DNA from: Pseudomonadota bacterium
GTDB lineage: Bacteria; Pseudomonadota; Gammaproteobacteria; Pseudomonadales; UBA7434
Length of the DNA stretch: 64,000 nucleotides
Direction: 5' to 3'
NCBI GenBank assembly: GCA_036344075.1
Contig: JAYYUJ010000024.1
Location: forward strand, 22,616 to 86,615
Below the pieces are notes generated by a model, which searched no databases, was not told the origin of the DNA, and saw only the letters and a list, made by a program, of their open reading frames with translations. The translations under genes were made by a program, and so were the position numbers. Numbering within the stretch: the stretch's first letter is position 1; each line of letters starts with the position of its first letter. Below, in pieces: positions 1 through 9,748 of the stretch.

Positions 1-1
1 G

Positions 2-385
2 AAAGTTAAATTCGGTTTAATTTCTGTATTTATTATGAGCACTCTCTCATTCATTTTAGTTCCGAAATATGGCATTGCTGGAATATGCGTGTCAATGATG
101 ATTGGTCGCCTACCTCTTTATTTTTCAATGATTGTGTTTACTTATAAAAATATTATAACTATGAAAAAACCAAGTAACGGAAATTTCTTGAATCTGGCTA
201 TTAGAATTATTCAAATAGCCTTATGTTTTTATATGTCGGAATTAATTGGCGTCAATTCATATTTCGAGTTGTTTTTCTACGCAATCTGCGCGTCAGTTAT
301 CTTAATAAGTGCCAATACATTAGTCCTAAATAAAGTTGATAGAGAGATTATTTTGGATCGATTTAGGATCTTGTTAAAAGGTTAG
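2..385 (+). CDS. C-terminal part of a probable Wzx-type polysaccharide flippase (5' truncated by the window edge)
   Basis: Frame is open from base 2. Hydrophobic TM segments with 'LVPKYGIAGIC' typical of Wzx/MOP C-termini; first gene of a coupled EPS cluster. Confidence 0.6.
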   Translation, partial: KVKFGLISVFIMSTLSFILVPKYGIAGICVSMMIGRLPLYFSMIVFTYKNIITMKKPSNGNFLNLAIRIIQIALCFYMSELIGVNSYFELFFYAICASVILISANTLVLNKVDREIILDRFRILLKG

Positions 386-401
386 CAGGAGAATAAGAGC
401 A

Positions 402-1202
402 TTGAAAAAAATAATCTATATAGCTGGATTAGCAAGAAGTGGTACAACATTTTTGCAATTGTGCTTATGTCAAAAATACAATGTAGTGGGTTTAGGGGAA
501 ATCCACCAGACTATTCAAGGTATGCAGGCTACTGATGGTCAAATTGACAAAAAAAATTGGCTGGATATTAGAGAAAGGGTCTGCTCATGTGGTTTGAAGC
601 CTGAGAGATGTGATTTTTGGAGTGAAATATATTGCCAGGCAAAAGGTAATAGTTTAAGTGGTCTCCACGAAATGGTTATTAGGAAGGCTAATGAGATTTT
701 TTCTGGGATACCAATTATCGATTCGTCTAAAGATATTAAAGGTATCGATTTATATAGAGCTGGCAAAGAAGAGTATGATTTGAAGGTTATTTTTATAGTA
801 AGAGATGTTAGAGCATGGGAGGGATCTATAAAAAAACATGCCATAAAAAATGGCCAGAAATATTACGGACAGATTATTGAGTATTATAGATGGATGATGG
901 CCAATATGAATATAGAGTCACACTTAGAAAAAAATAATATAAAATTCTTGATGGTGCAAAACGAAAATTTGTTATTCAATTCTGAAGCTGAATGGAGAAG
1001 GATTGATGATTTTATTGATGCTGAAAAAAGTATTGGGAAATTGACCATGCATGATATTTATGGCAGTCGTTTTAAAAATAATGAAAATAAAAGTACTGAT
1101 TTGAAATACGATATTAATTGGCATCAAAATAATTTAGATATACTAAGCTATTTTTTGAGTTTTCCGGTCCTACGAAAAAACTCAGGTTTTTATAATAGAT
1201 GA
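402..1202 (+). CDS. Sulfotransferase family protein (PAPS-dependent)
   Basis: N-terminal 5'-PSB loop 'IAGLARSGTT', 'CSCG....CDFW' motif and 3'-PB-like 'FIVRDVRA'; TTG start after AGGAG. Confidence 0.8.
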   Translation: MKKIIYIAGLARSGTTFLQLCLCQKYNVVGLGEIHQTIQGMQATDGQIDKKNWLDIRERVCSCGLKPERCDFWSEIYCQAKGNSLSGLHEMVIRKANEIFSGIPIIDSSKDIKGIDLYRAGKEEYDLKVIFIVRDVRAWEGSIKKHAIKNGQKYYGQIIEYYRWMMANMNIESHLEKNNIKFLMVQNENLLFNSEAEWRRIDDFIDAEKSIGKLTMHDIYGSRFKNNENKSTDLKYDINWHQNNLDILSYFLSFPVLRKNSGFYNR

Positions 1203-3304
1203 AAAAATATATATTCTACCTTTTTATTCTCCTGTTTTTTTTTCTTGGCAATGCTTTTGCCAATCCTGAGATTTCTCTTATAGAAGAAGTAGAGGGCGAG
1301 TCTTGGTTTGGTAATCAACTTGGTCACGAAGATGTGATTCTCCCAGGTTTTAGTGGCATCAATTATAATGGTAGAGAATTATTGCTGGGTCAAGAAAGAC
1401 AATATCTGCATAAAACCGGCTTGCTTTTTGACACCTTGCGTCATAATCCAAGTAATTTAGAGGTTGATATGGGCCTTTATTACTCAGATGAACTAGTCAA
1501 TTTTGATAGTGTCGAGGTGTTGAAAGCAACCACCACCAATTTTGAGTACATAGCAGATGCCACGATTTATCAAGATATCAATATACAAGTTCACGCTACG
1601 GTTGAATATGATGGTCTTGCTTATTTCAATGTGGAAGTTACACCCATATCAAATAATTATAAGAGATATAAAGAGTTGTCTTTTAGATCAAGCCATCAAA
1701 GTAACAATGCTTCTTCGCTGCTTCTATTTAAGGAAAAGACAATTAGAAAAAGAAAGAAGCAAATATTATTTAATACGCCCTATGAAGATGAATTTATCAA
1801 TATAGTTGGATTCCCAAATGGACAGAGTTCATATTGGTGGTTCTCAGAGAATGCTGAGAATTGGATTTGGCATGATAAAAAAGTAACAAGTATAAAAAGT
1901 GATAAGAATAAAATAAACTTAAAACAAAGAATCATTCAAGACGGCTCTCTGAAGGCTGGTGTTATAAATTTTAATTTCGGCATTATAGTCACGCCAGTAA
2001 AGGGCCTTGTGCCATTATCAAGCCCATCAAGAATTGCTAGAAATATAACTGTAGAAGAAGGATTTTACTCTTCTAGTCATATTTGGTGGACAACAGCATT
2101 TTCCCATCATGATTATCCCTATTTAAAGGAATTAAGTAAAAATATAAAGGGGTTGCCGGAAAAAGATATTCAAGCATATCCAGGAGTAATGAAAAATAAA
2201 GATCTTTTGCAGAGATGGAGATCCAAAAATATCGAAAGATATCCATATTTTTCGGCACATGTTTTGAGTCCGCTCGACCCGATGATAAAGAAGTATGAAG
2301 AAATTTGGAAAGCAATTCCTGAGTGGAGAACTAAAAAAAAATCAGATTTGCCGTATCGTGCCAAGTTAGCAAAAACATGGCTTTCGCATGATGCAAAAGG
2401 TTACTCAGATTATTTGCTGTTCAGGCTAAATGATATTAGACAAAAATTAGGAATAAAGGGCTTTTATTTCGATCAAGGCGGCATTTTAGATTCTAAGAAT
2501 GTTAACCACAACACTTGGATTGATTCTGATGGAAAAAAAAGAGGGAGTATTGAGATCTTAGCAATGAGAAGCTTTCTTAAAAGATTGAATACTATGCTTT
2601 ATTTATCTGGCGTTGAAAAGCCAAGAATTTTCATACATAACTCAATGGTTCCTGTCCTACCTGCTTACACATTTGCTTATTCAATGGTGCAAGGCGAGGA
2701 GGATATCCATTATTTGAAAAATTATGATTATACATCCAGCTACCAGTTGGAAGTAGTAAGAGCAAAATATGCGGAGCATCAATACGGTATTCGATCCCAT
2801 TGGCTATCAGAATTATGGAATCATAAAGTTGAGGATGATTCTAAGCCAATTAATTACCCTTTAGACGAATGGATGTTGACCGAAAAATATAAGCATGCGA
2901 ACGATGGTTTTTTTATGATGGCTCTTTTGCATGGCTCATCATTTTGGAGTAAGGCTCCAGTTAATTATAGGAATAAGCTTTATAAAATTTTTGACTCCAT
3001 AAACATGAATGAAGAAAGTTTTCATGGGTATTGGGAGGTGCCATGTATTGATCCTGCCGATAATGTTTTTCATATCAGTTTTTATAAAGATGAAAAGGAT
3101 CATAAGTACTTATATGTAGTCGGTAACCTTACGGATAAAAAATTATCTATAAGCCCAAGTGAGTTTCAGGGGTACGTAGATTGTCTAAACCCAGGTAAAA
3201 AAATAAATAATAGACTCAAGGTCCTTTTTCCTGAGAATAAAAAATTTAGAGAATCAGTCTCGGTGGATTCAAAATCCTTTATTATTATAAGAGATGGAAG
3301 ATAA
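1199..3304 (+). CDS. Secreted putative glycoside hydrolase-like protein (DUF6067-like)
   Basis: Signal peptide MKKYIFYLFILLFFFLGNAFA. 'GFYFDQG' and 'IHNS..P...FA....GE' segments are reminiscent of DUF6067/TIM-barrel glycan-active proteins. ATGA overlap with the upstream gene. Confidence 0.45.
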   Translation: MKKYIFYLFILLFFFLGNAFANPEISLIEEVEGESWFGNQLGHEDVILPGFSGINYNGRELLLGQERQYLHKTGLLFDTLRHNPSNLEVDMGLYYSDELVNFDSVEVLKATTTNFEYIADATIYQDINIQVHATVEYDGLAYFNVEVTPISNNYKRYKELSFRSSHQSNNASSLLLFKEKTIRKRKKQILFNTPYEDEFINIVGFPNGQSSYWWFSENAENWIWHDKKVTSIKSDKNKINLKQRIIQDGSLKAGVINFNFGIIVTPVKGLVPLSSPSRIARNITVEEGFYSSSHIWWTTAFSHHDYPYLKELSKNIKGLPEKDIQAYPGVMKNKDLLQRWRSKNIERYPYFSAHVLSPLDPMIKKYEEIWKAIPEWRTKKKSDLPYRAKLAKTWLSHDAKGYSDYLLFRLNDIRQKLGIKGFYFDQGGILDSKNVNHNTWIDSDGKKRGSIEILAMRSFLKRLNTMLYLSGVEKPRIFIHNSMVPVLPAYTFAYSMVQGEEDIHYLKNYDYTSSYQLEVVRAKYAEHQYGIRSHWLSELWNHKVEDDSKPINYPLDEWMLTEKYKHANDGFFMMALLHGSSFWSKAPVNYRNKLYKIFDSINMNEESFHGYWEVPCIDPADNVFHISFYKDEKDHKYLYVVGNLTDKKLSISPSEFQGYVDCLNPGKKINNRLKVLFPENKKFRESVSVDSKSFIIIRDGR

Positions 3305-4731
3305 TGAAGTTTGTCTCATACAATAATTATATAAATATCTCACAATCCTTATTTTTGATTGTGTCATTTATTATGTTCATATTATCTCCTGATGGATGGA
3401 ACACCTCGTTTGTCAACACTATCATTTTCTTGACATTACTATTGTTTTTTAACCAAGTTCTCATATGTAAATTCATAAAAAAAGAAAAGGGCATTATACA
3501 GCTTGAATTAGTATTTTTTATGATGTTTTTTTTTACAATTTTATGGATTTGGTTTGCTGGCTTTATAGGACTAGCAGAGATTGGAAGATTGCCGCAAGGC
3601 TATGATGAAGTGGTAAATTATTCAGTAAGTTTGTCTTTCTTTGCTATTTCTACTTTTCTTTTTGCATATAACCTACACCACAAGCAAGTCAAAGGAAACG
3701 ATACCAATTTCTTGTCACGAAAAAATAAAGGCTGGATTAGAGTCGGGAATATCATATTTTATTCTGGTGTCTTGATGGTTTTTTTATATGTTTTTGTCTT
3801 CGGAACTGCATCATTCATAGGTAGTTATATTGGTCATGAGGGAAATTTATTAACAAGAGCTTTATACCTGCTTCAGTCTATCTTTGTCAAAGTCGGGATA
3901 ATAATATGTCTTGTCACGCAATCCGATAAAACGAGAAGGATGCCAAAAATAAAACATCATATAATCCCTTTTGGATTTGTCTTATTAATGTATGTTTTTA
4001 CTGGAGATAGATCTGAATTAATCTTCACTCTAGCAACCGCTGTTTTCGCATATTCAGTTTCATTTAAACATATACCACTATCAGTTGTGCTTGTTGGTGT
4101 TTTAGTGCTTGGCATCCTTTCGAGTGCCGTAAGAATCTTTAGAGAGTATGATGAGAGAACTTTAGGATCGCTGGTAGAATTAATCTTAAACCCCAGCGAA
4201 GAGGTATCAGTCGAAGGTGGTGTGGCTAATATAGCGTCAAGTGGTTTATTACTTTTAGCAGCTACTAATGCAGTTCCAGAAAAATTTGATTATTTTAATG
4301 GCAAACTCAAGGTGATGGAAGCGCTTGGTGTTATTCCTTTTGGTAGATTTTTCTTTGGCGATTTTGCCGGTGCAAGTCACTATGAAAAAAAGGACTATAA
4401 CACGAGCTTTTGGTTGACATGGCTAGTTATTGGTCCTCAAGCAACTTGGGGCGTTGGTACAAATATTGTTGCTGATTTATATATTGATTTCGGTCCTTTA
4501 GGTGTTTTTCTTGGGATGTATTTTTTGGGATTTCTTGGTGGTTATTTCAAGACGAGATTTCACGTTTCAAATTCACTAGTCTTTATTTTTATGTATTGTT
4601 ACTTTGCTGGCTTTATGACGATCCTCCCTCGGTATGGCATTTTGTCAATAATACGTGGGTTACTCTGGCCTTTCTTACTTATTAAATTGTCAGAATATTT
4701 TTTCCGTGTAAAAAAGAAAACGGCAAAATGA
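3304..4731 (+). CDS. wzy: O-antigen/EPS polymerase (Wzy)
   Basis: About 11-12 TM helices, 'GDRSEL', a large periplasmic loop and 'NIVADLYIDFGPLG' typical of Wzy. Confidence 0.75.
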   Translation: MKFVSYNNYINISQSLFLIVSFIMFILSPDGWNTSFVNTIIFLTLLLFFNQVLICKFIKKEKGIIQLELVFFMMFFFTILWIWFAGFIGLAEIGRLPQGYDEVVNYSVSLSFFAISTFLFAYNLHHKQVKGNDTNFLSRKNKGWIRVGNIIFYSGVLMVFLYVFVFGTASFIGSYIGHEGNLLTRALYLLQSIFVKVGIIICLVTQSDKTRRMPKIKHHIIPFGFVLLMYVFTGDRSELIFTLATAVFAYSVSFKHIPLSVVLVGVLVLGILSSAVRIFREYDERTLGSLVELILNPSEEVSVEGGVANIASSGLLLLAATNAVPEKFDYFNGKLKVMEALGVIPFGRFFFGDFAGASHYEKKDYNTSFWLTWLVIGPQATWGVGTNIVADLYIDFGPLGVFLGMYFLGFLGGYFKTRFHVSNSLVFIFMYCYFAGFMTILPRYGILSIIRGLLWPFLLIKLSEYFFRVKKKTAK

Positions 4732-5813
4732 AAAAAATTAGAGTTTTACATTTTATTCATTCACTTATTTCTGGCGGGGCTGAAAAGCAGCTAGGATTAC
4801 TTTGTGATGGTATCGATAAAAGTAAATATACTGTCATGGTTTACTGCGTTAAAGGTGAGCTCGATCATTTTAAGGGTTCTGGAATCAGCGCCCATATCGC
4901 GCCAACAAAAAATCCATTTACCTTGTTGTACATTTCCGACATGCTTAAAGTTGTTAAAGAATTTAAGCCGGATGTTGCACACGTATGGTTACCTGCATCG
5001 GTATCAATACCTGCGATGCTGGTTTGTCGCTTAAATGGTGTTAAGACAATATTCTCATATCGAAACAAAATGTATTTTCATCGTGCGTTGAGTTATCCAG
5101 AATATATGGTTGCATTGTTGTGTGCCGATAAGATTATTAGTAATCATGAAATTGTCGATTCGAATCCGTTATTTAAGTATCTTTATAACATAAAAAGAGG
5201 CGAGGTGATCAATAATGCTGTGGTTATTCCGGTAAAAGATATAAAGCAGGAGGTTTCTAATAACCCAGCAGAACGGTTAATCTTTGTCGGTCGATTAACA
5301 GCCCAGAAAAATCCTATTCGCTTAGTTAGGGCATTGTCAAAAATCAATAAATTGTTTGCTTGGCATTTAGATATGTATGGCGAAGGTGAGGAACGTGGCG
5401 AAATTGAATCGCTTGTTCGTCAGTTTGACTTGCAAGATAAAATACATCTGCATGGTTTTACTGATTCGATATACTCTAAGTTATCCTGTGCTAGTGCATT
5501 AATCTTTCCCTCAATCAAAGAAGGTATGCCTAATGTATTGGTTGAGGCAATGATGATTGGCCTCCCTATCGTTGCAAGTGATATTCCAGGCAATCGTTCG
5601 GTTACAAATAATATCAGTGATGCGGCTGTTGTGTGGATTGACCCAGAAAGCGAGAATGATATTGCGGAAAAACTAACACATATTATAAAAGGCAAAATTG
5701 ATTTCAATAATAGAGTGCGTAATGGTAGGGTTATTGCCTCAGCATACACATTAGAAAATATGGTTTTGCGTTACGAGTCCTGTTATAGCGATCTATCAGG
5801 AGTAACAAGATGA
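4728..5813 (+). CDS. Glycosyltransferase family 4
   Basis: 'SGGAEKQ', 'VGRLTAQKN' and the EX7E motif 'EGMPNVLVEAM'. Confidence 0.9.
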   Translation: MKKIRVLHFIHSLISGGAEKQLGLLCDGIDKSKYTVMVYCVKGELDHFKGSGISAHIAPTKNPFTLLYISDMLKVVKEFKPDVAHVWLPASVSIPAMLVCRLNGVKTIFSYRNKMYFHRALSYPEYMVALLCADKIISNHEIVDSNPLFKYLYNIKRGEVINNAVVIPVKDIKQEVSNNPAERLIFVGRLTAQKNPIRLVRALSKINKLFAWHLDMYGEGEERGEIESLVRQFDLQDKIHLHGFTDSIYSKLSCASALIFPSIKEGMPNVLVEAMMIGLPIVASDIPGNRSVTNNISDAAVVWIDPESENDIAEKLTHIIKGKIDFNNRVRNGRVIASAYTLENMVLRYESCYSDLSGVTR

Positions 5814-6937
5814 AATTATTAATAGATTTTGGTGCAATAAAAACGGGCGGTGGCGTTCAATTAGCAACTAACTTTCTCAATAAGCTTGATAGTAATACGC
5901 AGAATATCGATGAGGTTTTTTTACTTCTACCAGATACTGGTCCATTGGCAAACATAGATTTAAGTGGTTTATGTGGTGCTTCCTTGTATTATCCTGATAA
6001 CTATATGAAACGTATGCTATTTGAATTGTATCAGTTAAAAAGTTTTATAAAGTTACACCGTATTGATACTATTTATACATTTTTTGGTGCAGGCTTGCCT
6101 CGTTATCCAGGTGTGAAATCAGTTGTTAGTGTCGCGTATCCGATTATATGTTATCCAGATAGCCCTTACTGGAGAAATATTTCGTTTTTGTCGGGCTTGA
6201 AAAAGCGTATTGTTAATATGCTGCGACGCTATCGTATTCGAAAAGCAGATCTGGTCGTGGTTGAAACAGATGTGATGGCCCATCGAATGCAACAGTATGT
6301 TGGCGTTGACGAGTCTTTGTTGCGTGTCATTCCGCCATCGCCTTCTTTGTTTATCGAAGATAAACCGTATGCCCCATCTTCGGGGGATCCTTATCGTATA
6401 TTACTCTTGAGTGGTTTAGATCCACATAAGAACCTTTGGCGTTTACCTTCTATCGCTCAAGTACTTAAGGACTTTGGTTGTCATAACTTTATATTTACCC
6501 TCTCGGTCGAAAAGCATCAATTCCTCAGTGCGCTACCAAAATCTATCTCTTTTAACAGCGCTCTACTGGATCAGCACTTTGACTTTGTAGGTGCAATTCC
6601 AGCTGATAAAATTGGAAACATTTACAGCGATAGCGATCTTCTTTTAAACATTAGCGACCTAGAAAGTTTCAGTAACAACTATATGGAGGCATGGAAATCT
6701 GGATTGCCCTTAGTGTGCAGTGATACTGATTTTTCTAGAAATATTTGTGGTGACTCTGCGATTTATATTGATCCACACAATGCTACCTCATCAGCTACTA
6801 TAATTAAAATGCTAATCCAGGACTTATCAAAACAGCGTCAGTTGGCTGATATTGGTAAAGAGCGTTTGAGTATGTTGCCGAATGCTCAGAAAAAGTTTGA
6901 TAAAATTATCTCTGTTTTAAATGAGGTCGCTAAATAA
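5810..6937 (+). CDS. Glycosyltransferase family 4
   Basis: 'PHKNL' and the EX7E motif '[11 protein letters not shown]'. Confidence 0.85.
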   Translation: MKLLIDFGAIKTGGGVQLATNFLNKLDSNTQNIDEVFLLLPDTGPLANIDLSGLCGASLYYPDNYMKRMLFELYQLKSFIKLHRIDTIYTFFGAGLPRYPGVKSVVSVAYPIICYPDSPYWRNISFLSGLKKRIVNMLRRYRIRKADLVVVETDVMAHRMQQYVGVDESLLRVIPPSPSLFIEDKPYAPSSGDPYRILLLSGLDPHKNLWRLPSIAQVLKDFGCHNFIFTLSVEKHQFLSALPKSISFNSALLDQHFDFVGAIPADKIGNIYSDSDLLLNISDLESFSNNYMEAWKSGLPLVCSDTDFSRNICGDSAIYIDPHNATSSATIIKMLIQDLSKQRQLADIGKERLSMLPNAQKKFDKIISVLNEVAK

Positions 6938-7449
6938 TGCATAGTTTTCTTGTGGTTTCATTTGAATTTTTGATGCGATTACTTTTTTCACTACCTCGGT
7001 ATAGGTTGTTGAATTCACTAAAGGCTTTTTTCCTTATGCGAATGGGCGCACGTATTGGTAAGCGAGCGGTATTTTACCCAGGTGTTTGGATCGCACCAGG
7101 AAGAAACTTAGTCATGGGTGATGATGTAGACTTGGCTTTGGATGTATTAATCACCACTTCAGGCGGGGTTAAGATTGGCGATAGAACCCTAATCGGTTAC
7201 CGTGCCCAGATAATTTCTGCCAATCATGTCATTCCTGATAAAAAGGGAAGAATTTTTGGTTCAGGTCATGATAAGAAGCAGGTTATCATAGGGAGCGATG
7301 TTTGGGTTGGTGCTAATAGCATGATTATGCCTGGCGTAGTAATCGGTGATGGCGCTATTATCGCGGCAGGCAGTGTGGTTACTAAGAATGTGCCCGAATA
7401 CACAATAGTTGGTGGCGTACCCGCTAAGATAATTCAGGAGCGTAAATAA
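6937..7449 (+). CDS. Hexapeptide-repeat (LbH) O-acetyltransferase
   Basis: '[35 protein letters not shown]....IVGGVPAK'. Confidence 0.9.
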   Translation: MHSFLVVSFEFLMRLLFSLPRYRLLNSLKAFFLMRMGARIGKRAVFYPGVWIAPGRNLVMGDDVDLALDVLITTSGGVKIGDRTLIGYRAQIISANHVIPDKKGRIFGSGHDKKQVIIGSDVWVGANSMIMPGVVIGDGAIIAAGSVVTKNVPEYTIVGGVPAKIIQERK

Positions 7450-7602
7450 TTCATGCTTTAATAGTACTTAAGTGTATTTTCTGTTTTGATAAGTTTTATT
7501 GGATTCTATGAATAGATTTACGAATATTCCTGTGACAGTCAGAGATGCGTAAATAAAAAATAACATTAAATATTAAATTACTACGTTTTGGGTGATAATT
7601 TC

Positions 7603-9705
7603 ATGAGGCAAGTATTACAAAATCTTAGTTCAGGTGAGACGGTATTAGAGGACGTACCTGCCCCCGTTATTCCTCATTCTGGTCTTTTGATAAAAACTTC
7701 ATTCTCCTTAGTATCTGCTGGCACAGAGCGTATGCTGGTTGATTTTGGAAAAAGTAATCTACTTAACAAAGCACGCTCGCAGCCTGACAAAGTGAAGCAG
7801 GTAATTGAAAAAGTACAAACCGATGGTCTAATGCCAACTCTTGATGCGGTGAAAAATAAACTGGATACGCCTCTACCTCTAGGTTACTGTAATGTAGGCA
7901 AGGTGATTAAAAGCAAGGTAGGTAATTTTTCAGTTGGGGACCGTGTTGTGTCTAATGGGAAACATGCCGAATATGTTGCTGTGCCGAAAAACCTGTGTGC
8001 CAAAATTCCTGATAATGTAGATGACGAATCAGCAGCATTTACGGTCATCGGCGCTATTGCTTTGCAGGGCATACGTCTAATAAAGCCAGATTTAGGCGAA
8101 ACGGTTGTTGTGACAGGCTTAGGGTTAATCGGTTTAGTGGCTGTTCAATTATTACGCGCGCAAGGTTGCCGAGTGTTAGGCATTGACTTTGATTCGGATA
8201 AAGTCGCTATTGCTCGTCAGCTTGGCGCCGAGGTAGTTAATTTGTCTGAAGGTCAAGACCCTTTAGTCATTGCCGATCAATATAGTCGGGGTCGTGGCGT
8301 TGATGCCGTATTGGTTACCGCATCGACTAAAAGTAACGAACCTATTCATCAAGCCGCAACCATGTGCCGTCAGCGAGGACGTATTGTCTTAGTGGGTGTG
8401 GTGGGTATGGAGATGTCCCGTGCTGATTTTTATGAAAAAGAGTTATCATTTCAAGTGTCATGCTCTTATGGACCTGGCCGTTATGACCCGAGTTATGAGG
8501 AAGGTGGTAATGATTACCCTTTTGGCTTGGTACGCTGGACTGAGCAGCGAAACTTTGAAGCGATCTTGGACATGATGGCTGATGGCCGTATTGATATGCA
8601 TCCACTAATAAGCCATCGATTTAAATTGGCAGATGCCGCTGATGCTTATGATCTTATCAGTAATGGTAATCCGTTAGGAGTATTGCTCGAGTATGAAAAC
8701 TCTGCCAGTCAGATCATAGAACGCTCAATTTCACTTAAAGCAATTGATACTTTTAATATAAGTTCAGCAACTATAGGCTTTATTGGGGCAGGGAATTATG
8801 CCTCCAGTGTACTGGTTCCTGCTTTCGCGAGAACTGGCGCCCGCTTAAAGTCTATTGCCTCTGCGACTGGTGTTAGCAGCGTTCATGTCGGTAAGAAAAA
8901 TGGTATTGAAGAGGCCACCACAGATGCTCAAGCATTAATTAATGACTCAGATATTAATACAGTCGTTATCTCAACGCGTCATGGTAGTCATGCTAAGCAA
9001 GTATGTGACAGCTTGGCTCAGGGGAAACATGTTTTTGTTGAAAAGCCTTTAGTGTTAACCCGCGATGAATTAACACAGATTAGTGATTTATATCAAAGCT
9101 TAACAGTTAGGCCGTTTTTGATGGTTGGTTTCAATCGACGTTATGCGCCCCATATACAAAAAATAGAACAGTTACTTACTAGCCAGTCATCGCCCTTGAG
9201 TATGGTAATGACCATTAACGCAGGGCATATTCCTGCTGATCATTGGGTGCATGATCCTAAGGTGGGTGGCGGTAGGATTATTGGCGAGGCTTGTCACTTT
9301 GTTGATTTGTTGCGTTTTTTAGCGGCTTCTTCGATAGAGAAAGTTACTGCTATTGCAATGGACGCTGAATGCTCTGATTCAGTCTCAATTCAATTAAAGT
9401 TTAAAAATGGCTCGATTGGCGTGATAAATTATTTAGCTAACGGGAGTAAATCATTACCGAAAGAACGCTTGGAAGTATTTTGTAATGGTAGCGTGCTGCA
9501 GTTAGATAACTTTAGAATATTACGCGGTTTTGGCTGGCCAGGCTTTAAGTGTGATAAGTTGTGGCGCCAAGATAAAGGCCAATTCAATTGTTCAAAAGCT
9601 TTTATTGACGCAGTCAATAGCGGCGACAGTTCCCAGTTAATTACATTTGAAGAGTTAGTTGAGGTTGCTCAGGCTTGCTTAGATACAGTGGAGCAAATTT
9701 CATAA
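7603..9705 (+). CDS. Bi-domain oxidoreductase (Zn-ADH/MDR N-terminal + Gfo/Idh/MocA C-terminal)
   Basis: 'SAGTE', 'GLGLIG', then 'GFIGAGNYA', 'VFVEKP', 'VGFNRR' and 'GEACHFVD'. ATG 7603 preferred over TTG 7588. Confidence 0.85.
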   Translation: MRQVLQNLSSGETVLEDVPAPVIPHSGLLIKTSFSLVSAGTERMLVDFGKSNLLNKARSQPDKVKQVIEKVQTDGLMPTLDAVKNKLDTPLPLGYCNVGKVIKSKVGNFSVGDRVVSNGKHAEYVAVPKNLCAKIPDNVDDESAAFTVIGAIALQGIRLIKPDLGETVVVTGLGLIGLVAVQLLRAQGCRVLGIDFDSDKVAIARQLGAEVVNLSEGQDPLVIADQYSRGRGVDAVLVTASTKSNEPIHQAATMCRQRGRIVLVGVVGMEMSRADFYEKELSFQVSCSYGPGRYDPSYEEGGNDYPFGLVRWTEQRNFEAILDMMADGRIDMHPLISHRFKLADAADAYDLISNGNPLGVLLEYENSASQIIERSISLKAIDTFNISSATIGFIGAGNYASSVLVPAFARTGARLKSIASATGVSSVHVGKKNGIEEATTDAQALINDSDINTVVISTRHGSHAKQVCDSLAQGKHVFVEKPLVLTRDELTQISDLYQSLTVRPFLMVGFNRRYAPHIQKIEQLLTSQSSPLSMVMTINAGHIPADHWVHDPKVGGGRIIGEACHFVDLLRFLAASSIEKVTAIAMDAECSDSVSIQLKFKNGSIGVINYLANGSKSLPKERLEVFCNGSVLQLDNFRILRGFGWPGFKCDKLWRQDKGQFNCSKAFIDAVNSGDSSQLITFEELVEVAQACLDTVEQIS

Positions 9706-9748
9706 CTGCTTTTCTAAATTCTATTTTTTATTTATTGAGTTTTCTTGC

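Noticed and set aside
1235-3534. T9/A9 homopolymers (1235, 2333, 3526) as phase-variation switches
   Set aside because: Expected in very AT-rich genes encoding Phe/Lys runs; the frames are intact.
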